Of a DNA stretch of 61,342 nt, positions 54,401-61,342 are shown in pieces (position 1 is the first letter of the stretch; each line of letters opens with the position of its first letter). The notes beneath the pieces are model-generated. The model worked only from the letters and a program-made list of their open reading frames with translations, did not search any database and was not told where the DNA came from. The stretch spans positions 1-61,342 of the IMG/VR virus record IMGVR_UViG_3300048574_000496; one strand, written 5' to 3'. Source of the stretch: a virus (Duplodnaviria > Caudoviricetes). The position numbers were made by a program, and so were the translations under genes.

Positions 54401-54971
54401 GACCTACCTCGCTTCTCCACCGCACCTGGTTGGTGTTCGGATCCCACACCACCTTGGTCCGCTGGATCATCGGCGCCTTGGGGCCGGTGTAGGCCGAGGG
54501 CAGCATGTAGTAGCTGCCGTCCTCGTGCCGATGCAGGTAGCCGGCATAGCACAGATGCCGGGCATACTCTTCGGCGGTCGACTCCTTGACGTCGCAATCT
54601 GGAGTCCGGGCATGGACTGTCAGGTCACGGACCGTGAAGGTCCTCAGCACCCGCATGGCCTTCCACATATTCTCCCGGCCCTTGCCCTGGGTCACCGGCG
54701 TGCCGTCCTTGCGCACCCTCGGAGCGTCAATCCCCACATCCCTGATCAGCCGCCAGCAGGGGGCAGCGCCTTGCCGCAGTTCCTTTGGCGAAACCCGCTC
54801 CACATAGCCGGCCGCCTCCAGGCCGATGACATATTCCCGCACCGAATCGGTCTTCATTACCGTCTCGTCTCGCAGATCCTTGATGTTGAACACCTCCTTG
54901 GCGCGGATGGCGTCCCACACGGCCTGGCGGGTGTCGAGCCCGTTTCGTTTGTGCATCGGTTTCAGCGGCAT
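54390..54971 (-). CDS. Conserved transposable-phage protein (tandem winged-helix-like)
   Basis: RQAVWDAIR...Y..GL..AGY and ENMWKAMR...Y...L..AGYL, TGPKAP. Confidence 0.75.
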   Translation of the reverse strand: MPLKPMHKRNGLDTRQAVWDAIRAKEVFNIKDLRDETVMKTDSVREYVIGLEAAGYVERVSPKELRQGAAPCWRLIRDVGIDAPRVRKDGTPVTQGKGRENMWKAMRVLRTFTVRDLTVHARTPDCDVKESTAEEYARHLCYAGYLHRHEDGSYYMLPSAYTGPKAPMIQRTKVVWDPNTNQVRWRSEVGHDQ

Positions 54972-55744
54972 GGGATGCTCCTCTGCGGGGCGTCGCCGGT
55001 GAAGAACGGCTCGTCGCCCCATTCCTTCATGCCGATGGTGTTGGAACCGCGCTTGTTGGCGATCTCCTCGGCCTTGGCCAGGTTGACCACCACCCGGCGG
55101 GCCGAGCCGCCGCTTTCCCCGACAATCCGTTCCAGCAGATCGTCCTGGACGTCAAGGTTGGGGTGATACAGCCCCTTGAGGTGCCGGGCGTCGTCCATGT
55201 CGGTCGGTTGCGCCGGCACCCAGTCCAAAATGCGGCCGTGAAAGCGTTCCCACTGCATCAGCTTGTGCGGCAGCTTCTCCTCGCCGATCAGCAGGATGGT
55301 GGCCTTGGAGCCGTCGTGAATGTCGCGGATCAGTTCAACCGCGTTCTTGCTCAGCAGTTTGTCCATCTCGTCAATGATCAGCGGCCGCCGGCTCTTGGCC
55401 AGTTGTTCGCACACCTGGTCCACCATCTCCCAGAGGGATTTCTTCGGCGGGATGCCCATGTCGCCCAGCAGGCTGACCAGAAGCGACTTGCGCACCCAGG
55501 TGTCCTTGCAGGCGATGTAGTAGGCGTTGTTCACCAGGTGCACATAGAGCGCGGCCGTGGTCTTGCCCCAGCCGCTCGGCCCGTAGAAGCAGATCATCCC
55601 CGGCAGATGGTTCGGCCGCTCCATGGCCTTGGTCAGGGCCATCTCGCACAGGCTGACATTGGTCAGCGGCGCGGTGGTCCGGTTCATGCCGCCCTTGTTT
55701 TTTGGGTTCATCGCGTGTACTCTCCTTGTGTTTGTTTCAGCCAT
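54962..55744 (-). CDS. MuB-like AAA+ transposition ATPase
   Basis: Walker A GPSGWGKT, Walker B LIIDE, LLIGEE; follows the transposase; true start may be a later ATG. Confidence 0.9.
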   Translation of the reverse strand: MAETNTRRVHAMNPKNKGGMNRTTAPLTNVSLCEMALTKAMERPNHLPGMICFYGPSGWGKTTAALYVHLVNNAYYIACKDTWVRKSLLVSLLGDMGIPPKKSLWEMVDQVCEQLAKSRRPLIIDEMDKLLSKNAVELIRDIHDGSKATILLIGEEKLPHKLMQWERFHGRILDWVPAQPTDMDDARHLKGLYHPNLDVQDDLLERIVGESGGSARRVVVNLAKAEEIANKRGSNTIGMKEWGDEPFFTGDAPQRSIPCR

Positions 55745-55785
55745 GAAGCACTTCTGAGCAGGGCCGTGTTGACGCGCGGCTCTGC

Positions 55786-57888
55786 TTACCCCTGCTGTTC
55801 AATCAGCTTGAAGTTGTCCTCAACCTTCTTGAACGCCCGGTAACTGGCCGTCTGGCAGTATCCTTCGTAAAACTGCACCGCCTCTTGATCCAGGGCCTCG
55901 CCATTCCGCAGCTGGGCGTCTAGTTCCTTCCACAGCCGGTACTGGCTGCGGTCATCCTTGGGCACCTCGAACCGGGGTTTCTGCTCCAACTTCTCGGCGA
56001 GTTGCCGCTTGGCTTCCTCGATCTTCCTTTTCTCCGCCTGTTTGGGCTCAATTGAAAGGATTTCCGCCTGTTTCCGGGGCCGGGAAACGATCTCGATCAC
56101 CCCGCGCTGCTCGTCGTAAATCTCTTCCAGTTGATTCTTCTTAATTTCTTCCCGCCGCTTGGTGCGCTTATCCTGGGCCTGCTCAATCATGGATTTGGGG
56201 AAGAAATCGACCAGGTTCTTTTCGTACCAGGCATAACAGATCAGCCGGCCTTCCATGTCCCAGACCTGCACCTTGGCGCCATCCGCTGGAAAGTAAGCCA
56301 CCTGAACTTCCTCGCCGTGATAGTGATCGAGGTCGGCGTTGTAGTAGTAATTGTTGCCCAGTTGCACCATGGCCCGCTTCACCGTCCTGGTTTCCCTCGG
56401 CAACCACAGCACCTCAACCTCGGCCTCGGTTAACTGGTGTTCTTTCGGATCCCAGCCGTCGGCGATATGCCAGGCCCAGCACTCCAGAGGCGACATGTGC
56501 CGCTTCAGGCCGGTTTCCGGATCCCTGATCTTCGTCAGGGCGGAGTGGGGGCGACGGTTGTAGTCGTCGATTATCTGCCGGCAGTAGTCCTGGAATTGTG
56601 GCCAGCTCTTCACCAGCTCGCTTTTCCCCTGTTCCTTCATATCTTTCTGGATCTGGATGTAATTTTTCCGGCGGGCGCCCTTGTCCATGGATGATGTGGT
56701 GCAGGATGGCAGGAACTTGGCGCCCCGGATCCAGAGCGATTTATTGGACACCTCGATCAGGCCCCGCCCCTGGGGATTGCCCGGACGGCCGATGGTGAAA
56801 GTGGTGCCGATGCGGGCAAAGAGGCCGGTGACGTCGTCGGTGTTGATCTTGGCGATGTTGCCCGATCCTCCGTCCGTATACAGGATGTCGAGAATTCCGC
56901 CGCAGGGCTTCTGCTCGTTGACTATGGCCGCGTGCCGGACTGCGGCCGCCACCGTCAAGGCCGATTCCGCCAGGCCGGCCGACCATCCCAGGGCCACCTT
57001 AGAGACCACATCGATCACCGCGCACACCTCGGGATGGAACGGCCTCCCGTTGGTTGGGTGAGTCACGTAGGCTTTGAAGCTGTGGCCGTCGCACTGGCCG
57101 ATGGTCATCGGCCGCAGGCCGCTGGTGTCCCGCTTGACGTATCCTTTCAGCGCCCGGTAGGCGGAGCCAGTGCGCCGGCCTTTCTCCCGGTCGAGTACCG
57201 ACCGTTTATTGTGCCACCGCAGCACTTGGTGGTAGCTGGGGACCTTCATGCCTTCCGGCAGGATTTTGGCCATCTGTTCCATGGCCTCGGGAATGGTGGG
57301 GTTGCTGGGGAGTTGGTAGAATTTAATGAAATAGGGAACCCACTCGGGGACCTCGGATTTTTCAACCGGCTTGGGCGCCAGGGCGGTGATGCCGTAGCGC
57401 CGGACGGCCCGCTGCCAGCTCAGAACCAGCGACCGGGAAAGGGTGCGCTCCTCGCCCTTGCGGGCGTTGGCCTGGGCCACGCAGCGCATCAGGTGATCGG
57501 GCAGTTCCGCCTGCCTGGCCATCTCAACCAGGGCGTCCACGGCCCGGTTGGTGCCGTGCAGTTTCTGCAGTTGCTCGAACTCCCGGTACAGAGTGACGCG
57601 GGCCTCAAAGATCTCCCGCTGCCAGTTTTTGAGATCCGTCAGTTTCTGGTCCGTTTTTTCGCGGATCACCAACTCCTTGTCCTTGGTTGGCGCCGGGGCG
57701 TATTTGAAATGGAGCGCGGCCTGGGTCTCGGCGGGAAGGGAAGAAAGATGGTATTCCTTGCCGCCGCCCTGGCCCTGGCTGTACCGGGCCATCCAGTGTT
57801 CTTTTTTGGCCCGCCTGGAAACCGATTGCTGCGCCGAGGGCATACAGGGGAGGTAAACCAACTCTATCGGTTTGAACCACTGCTTCAT
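55786..57888 (-). CDS. MuA-like DDE transposase
   Basis: N-terminal GGGKEYHLSSLP.ETQ, CDGH (D), YTDGG (D), PQGRGLIE (E), YNRRPHSAL. Confidence 0.93.
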   Translation of the reverse strand: MKQWFKPIELVYLPCMPSAQQSVSRRAKKEHWMARYSQGQGGGKEYHLSSLPAETQAALHFKYAPAPTKDKELVIREKTDQKLTDLKNWQREIFEARVTLYREFEQLQKLHGTNRAVDALVEMARQAELPDHLMRCVAQANARKGEERTLSRSLVLSWQRAVRRYGITALAPKPVEKSEVPEWVPYFIKFYQLPSNPTIPEAMEQMAKILPEGMKVPSYHQVLRWHNKRSVLDREKGRRTGSAYRALKGYVKRDTSGLRPMTIGQCDGHSFKAYVTHPTNGRPFHPEVCAVIDVVSKVALGWSAGLAESALTVAAAVRHAAIVNEQKPCGGILDILYTDGGSGNIAKINTDDVTGLFARIGTTFTIGRPGNPQGRGLIEVSNKSLWIRGAKFLPSCTTSSMDKGARRKNYIQIQKDMKEQGKSELVKSWPQFQDYCRQIIDDYNRRPHSALTKIRDPETGLKRHMSPLECWAWHIADGWDPKEHQLTEAEVEVLWLPRETRTVKRAMVQLGNNYYYNADLDHYHGEEVQVAYFPADGAKVQVWDMEGRLICYAWYEKNLVDFFPKSMIEQAQDKRTKRREEIKKNQLEEIYDEQRGVIEIVSRPRKQAEILSIEPKQAEKRKIEEAKRQLAEKLEQKPRFEVPKDDRSQYRLWKELDAQLRNGEALDQEAVQFYEGYCQTASYRAFKKVEDNFKLIEQQG

Positions 57889-58100
57889 GCGGCCCTCCGC
57901 ATGTCGTCGGGCAGATCCAGGTACTTCCTCGGACAACCGTTGTCCATGAGCCAGGTCAGGACCTTGCGGTTGTTCTCCTTGCCTTCGATGGTGGACCACA
58001 CCGTCTTGTTGTCCCGATATCCCAGGTCCTTCTGGATGGTGGCCAGCTTGAATCCGTTGCGCTTGAGCCACACCCGTATTTCCACGCTGTTTCGCTTCAT
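57885..58100 (-). CDS. Ner/Cro-like small DNA-binding protein
   Basis: EIRVWLKRNG...IQKDLG....VWSTIEG; ATGA overlap with the transposase. Confidence 0.7.
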   Translation of the reverse strand: MKRNSVEIRVWLKRNGFKLATIQKDLGYRDNKTVWSTIEGKENNRKVLTWLMDNGCPRKYLDLPDDMRRAA

Positions 58101-58107
58101 CGTCCGG

Positions 58108-59007
58108 TCATGCCTGCAGGTTGGTCGGTTCAAGCAGCAGATCATCAAACACCTCCCGCGTCTGGTCCTCGGTCTCGTATTCGCCATACACCAGCCAAGT
58201 TCCTGCAGTCTCCAGTTGCTCGATCATGGTTTTGTTGGCGCCGATCCGGTAGATGCCGAATCCGGCCGCCAGTAGTTTCTCCAGGTTGTTGGCTCTCCAG
58301 GCGATCTTCTGGTCGCGGATGGTCTGTTGTCCGCAGTCGCCGACTACCCTGGCCAGGTTGGTCAGGGTGCTGAAGACCGTCTCCCGTGCAGTGTGTTTCC
58401 AGCCGGCCTGGCGCTCGATCTCGATCTGCTCGAGGAAATCCTCCCAAGTCTGGGCAAACTCGGCCGATTGCCGCGCCGTTTCGGCGGATTTCCGGGGTTT
58501 GATCGTTTTGCCGGCCCGGCGGATGGCGCCGCCCACTTGCTCGCCTTTAAAGACCTTCACCGCGTTCTTCACCGTTTTGGCGGTAAGCTTGAGAGGCTGC
58601 TCCACGTCGGCCGTTGTCCGTTTGACCTCGATGAGCTGGCCCCAGACCTGCTTCTGTTCTTCCGGCTCCAGCCTGGCCAGCTCGCGGGCCTGGGACTCGT
58701 TGGCCGGCATCAGTTCCCAATCGATGCTGCCATCCTCCTTCACGCCAATTGGCGTGAGATTCTCGATCACCCTGGAGGCGGAGATAAGACGGTCCGCGTA
58801 CTGGAAGCTCATGTCCCACAGTTCCCGGCAGTATCCTTCCCAGGTCCGGCCGCCATCGGTGCGATACAGCCGGCTCTCCCGGATCTCCAGGAGCGAATTG
58901 CCCACCGCCACATAGGCCAGGAAGTTCTCCCGGATGATGGTTTCCAGGGCCGCAAGCCGGGTGTGTTCGGCCAGGGATAAAGGTTTTTCTTCGATGATCA
59001 GTTCCAT
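58108..59007 (-). CDS. DNA-binding protein (DUF3102-like) with internal palindrome
   Basis: VGNSLLEIRESRLYR...TWEGYCRE.W...A.RLI.A, P.NESQAREL; TPIGV encoded by an 18-bp palindrome. Confidence 0.7.
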   Translation of the reverse strand: MELIIEEKPLSLAEHTRLAALETIIRENFLAYVAVGNSLLEIRESRLYRTDGGRTWEGYCRELWDMSFQYADRLISASRVIENLTPIGVKEDGSIDWELMPANESQARELARLEPEEQKQVWGQLIEVKRTTADVEQPLKLTAKTVKNAVKVFKGEQVGGAIRRAGKTIKPRKSAETARQSAEFAQTWEDFLEQIEIERQAGWKHTARETVFSTLTNLARVVGDCGQQTIRDQKIAWRANNLEKLLAAGFGIYRIGANKTMIEQLETAGTWLVYGEYETEDQTREVFDDLLLEPTNLQA

Positions 59008-59016
59008 GTCCGTTCC

Positions 59017-59439
59017 TTACAGTTCAGCTTTGAGTTTCTTCATCATCGCCTGCTTCCGTTTGACCTCTTGGTCCAGTTCGGCAAGCCGTAGCAGCTTGGC
59101 CTGCTTGTCGTCTATGATCCGCCAGCCCAATGGGGCAACCATGACCTGCATCGGCTCAATGCTGTGCACCGCCGCGCAGAACACCGGCAGGGCCTTGGCC
59201 GGGATCACCCGTTCCTTGTCCTCCGGGTTGAGCCACTTCTCAAAGGTGGCCATGGTCAGGTTCGGCCCGGTCCCCTTTACCAGCCGGACCCCGTAGCGGT
59301 CGGCCAATTGGTTGATCCGGTCGCACAGCTCTTCCCTCGACAGCCCGGTGGCGTCGGCCGCTTTGGCCATGGCGGTTTTGAGGTCCCGCAGGATGTTCAA
59401 AGTGGGCGCGGTGTCGAAAAGGCCGAGCTGGGTTGCCAT
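59017..59439 (-). CDS. Phage regulatory protein (CII-like)
   Basis: GLSREELCDRIN...T..T.EKWLNP....IP...LP.FC. Confidence 0.65.
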   Translation of the reverse strand: MATQLGLFDTAPTLNILRDLKTAMAKAADATGLSREELCDRINQLADRYGVRLVKGTGPNLTMATFEKWLNPEDKERVIPAKALPVFCAAVHSIEPMQVMVAPLGWRIIDDKQAKLLRLAELDQEVKRKQAMMKKLKAEL

Positions 59440-59730
59440 CAGGTGCGCTCTCCATGCAGCCGGTCAGCGAGCCTCACGGCCTGCTCCAGGGTGAAGAAGC
59501 TGTATTTGTAGCCTTTTCGCCCATGCCATCGCCCATCAACACGCAACCGGAAATGCTGCTGCCAGTATTCCCGATTGCGCAGTGGTGGATGAGGGTGCAT
59601 GGTCTTTCGGAAAGCTCCAGTTCGGCCGCCACTGTTCCGCGCGGAATAGTTCAATCCGCAGTGGTTTTTTGCCCTGCGTGGCGGCATTTCCCCACCGCCA
59701 CACTATGTCGGGTATCCTCTCCTCGCTCAT
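59439..59730 (-). pseudogene. Small early gene apparently split by a 1-nt frameshift near 59608
   Basis: MSEERIPD...RIELFRAEQWRPNWSF continues plausibly in another frame as RKTMHP...FRLRVDGRW...ERT*, which abuts the next start. Confidence 0.45.
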
Positions 59731-59731
59731 C

Positions 59732-60097
59732 TCAGCCTCTGGCCATGGCCACTCCCAACTTGTCTTCCCTGGTGATGGCCAAGAAGAAGTCGAAACCGTC
59801 CTTGATCACCTGGAGCCATTCATTGAAAGTGGCGGTCGCGCTGGCGTAAACGGCGACCTTGTTGTTGGCCAGCCAGCGGGCCAGGTCCTCGGCCGTGGCA
59901 AATGCCGGGCTGATCGGCGTGCCCTCGGTGGTGGTCTCGTACATCATCAGGTGGGTGGCTTCCTCGCTGCTCCAGGTTGGCATGTATCCGTCTTCGCAGG
60001 AAAGACCGTCCTCACCTTGAAACAGCGGAATGAAACGGCTGTTTTTGTCTTTGGGGTGCTGCCATCCTGCGGGTACTCGCCGTGCTTCTCGCGCCAT
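59732..60097 (-). CDS. Hypothetical phage protein
   Basis: AGGAG SD; REARRVP..WQHP, YETTTEGTPISP.F. Confidence 0.72.
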   Translation of the reverse strand: MAREARRVPAGWQHPKDKNSRFIPLFQGEDGLSCEDGYMPTWSSEEATHLMMYETTTEGTPISPAFATAEDLARWLANNKVAVYASATATFNEWLQVIKDGFDFFLAITREDKLGVAMARG

Positions 60098-60175
60098 GGT
60101 GTTCTCCTTGTTTCCGCTTGTCGTTCCACTGTCCGGAGAGTTCCGGGCCTACCGTCTGGTTTTAAATTAACGCGG

Positions 60176-60422
60176 ACGTTGAACCTTTTATGCCCGTCGT
60201 GTAAGTTTTGGTTATGCATTCCCGTTTTTGCGGGACCGTAGCTTTGGATTTATCTTAAATATTGGTACCAGTCAACCCAAATATGGGTGTTCAACTTCTA
60301 AAAAGTAATTTTATTGGCACCTCTCGACCAATGCTTAATAAATACAATTAATTGGAACGAAGATGAACACTGTTGCTCAAGGTTAAACTTAGGTTCAACT
60401 TTTTATGACGGAAGATGAACAA
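60176..60422. promoter_or_regulatory. Divergent immunity control region with repeated GTTCAACTT-like boxes
   Basis: Variants at about 60177, 60288, 60360, 60381, 60392 and 60412 in both orientations; TTGACT on the minus strand at 60276. Confidence 0.55.
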
Positions 60423-60860
60423 TCTTATCTCTCAGAGATTGGTGGCAGAATAGCAAAGGCTCGCGGCGAGAAAACCCAGCCTGTATTCGCAGAAGAACTT
60501 GGGATAAGTAAAAATACCCTTCTGCGATATGAAAAGGGTTACTCGGTGCCAGATGTGGTGATTATTCGCAAAATATGTACCTTGAGCGAAGTGTCACTGG
60601 AATGGTTGGTGAATGGGGAACAATGTCGATCTTGCGAAAATGCCTCTATCGAAAAATCATTAGAAAAAACGTGCAGAATCAATCATCTCGAAGACCCATT
60701 TATTACAGACATAAAGCTCTGGCTCAATGAGATGACGAGCGATGACCCAGGATGGCGGGTTTGGTTCAAGATGGAATTATTAAGCAAAATTCCGAAGTTC
60801 AAGGAGTGGTGGGAAAAAAAACGGGGTGGTGACGCACCTAAACAATCGAATGCAGCATAA
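60405..60860 (+). CDS. Prophage repressor (XRE HTH)
   Basis: IGGRIAKARG..TQ..FAEELGISKNTLLRYEKG..VPD...SLEWL; divergent from the early operon. Confidence 0.88.
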   Translation: MTEDEQSYLSEIGGRIAKARGEKTQPVFAEELGISKNTLLRYEKGYSVPDVVIIRKICTLSEVSLEWLVNGEQCRSCENASIEKSLEKTCRINHLEDPFITDIKLWLNEMTSDDPGWRVWFKMELLSKIPKFKEWWEKKRGGDAPKQSNAA

Positions 60861-60958
60861 CGGGAAAAATTTACCAATACCGCACCCGTGTAAGCGGTGC
60901 CATATATTATTAGATGATGCTAAAAATAATTCTCCTCAAAGCAGCCCGCAAAAGAAAA

Positions 60959-60978
60959 AACCCCTCGGATGAGGGGTT
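60959..60978. terminator. Hairpin downstream of the repressor
   Basis: AACCCCTC-GGAT-GAGGGGTT preceded by an A run. Confidence 0.55.
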
Positions 60979-61342
60979 CAAAATCTCGCGCGAATAAAGC
61001 GCCGGGCAATCAGATTGGCCCCAAAAATTCAAAATCGGATGCAAAATCACCAAACCCAACCATCCGCATCCCAAACAACCCACAACAGCCCAATTCTGGG
61101 GCCACCCCGCATCATTTCATATCAACCCCAATCATCCCACATACAGGTGCAGAATCAAGAGAGAGGGAACACGGATATTTTGATTCATTTTTCACCCCTG
61201 CCGAAAGTCATGGTAGACAGGAGATGGTATGGACGTCTCCCTCCTGCCGGGAGAAAAAATTAATCGAGGTGCGCCAAAGCATCCTTCATTGTTTTTCTCG
61301 GCATCAATATGCCAAAGTGGTGAGAGAACCATCACTACCAAC

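Larger units (their letters stand above)
19758..61171. mobile_element. Mu-like transposable prophage with non-contractile tail, about 41.4 kb, apparently complete
   Basis: TGT...ACA ends with in-register imperfect inverted repeat (TGCACCT at positions 21-27, GGGA at 34-37), CGGA on both flanks; repressor-transposase-ATPase-gam-gemA-mor-lysis-head-tail-methylase order. Confidence 0.9.

Noticed and set aside
21481-59849. Long plus-strand ORFs over prophage structural and early genes (e.g. 29222-30529, 32192-33295, 56932-58275)
   Set aside because: Antisense shadows of GC-rich genes whose minus-strand products carry clear family motifs.
20522-61141. Alternative prophage ends (TGT at 20522, CACA at 61141)
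   Set aside because: No matching flanking duplication or in-register terminal similarity, unlike 19758/61171.

Overview
The window begins with a chromosomal NAD-dependent sugar epimerase gene and tRNA-Arg(CCG). Two mobile elements follow. (1) An ~18 kb phage-satellite-like island (about 1257-19458, flanked by a 48-bp direct repeat of the tRNA 3' half). It carries a tyrosine integrase, Fic, a Zn-ribbon/WYL membrane protein, an AlpA-like regulator, a Toprim primase-helicase with an iteron origin and a C4-type antisense RNA switch. Unusually, its only recognisable virion genes are an intact tail assembly chaperone and a tape measure protein; I see no capsid, portal, terminase or tail tube. (2) An apparently complete 41.4 kb Mu-like transposable prophage with a non-contractile tail (19758-61171, TGT...ACA ends, CGGA flanks). 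Its cargo is a bacteriohemerythrin, a Dam-type methylase and an opposite-strand, lower-GC cassette between mor and the lysis genes: a NACHT NTPase, a RAYT relic, and a coupled calcineurin-like phosphoesterase plus Hsp90-like ATPase pair. The best candidates for undescribed systems are the tape-measure-only satellite and the phosphoesterase/Hsp90-like pair. All family assignments come from motifs read by eye; no database searches were run.
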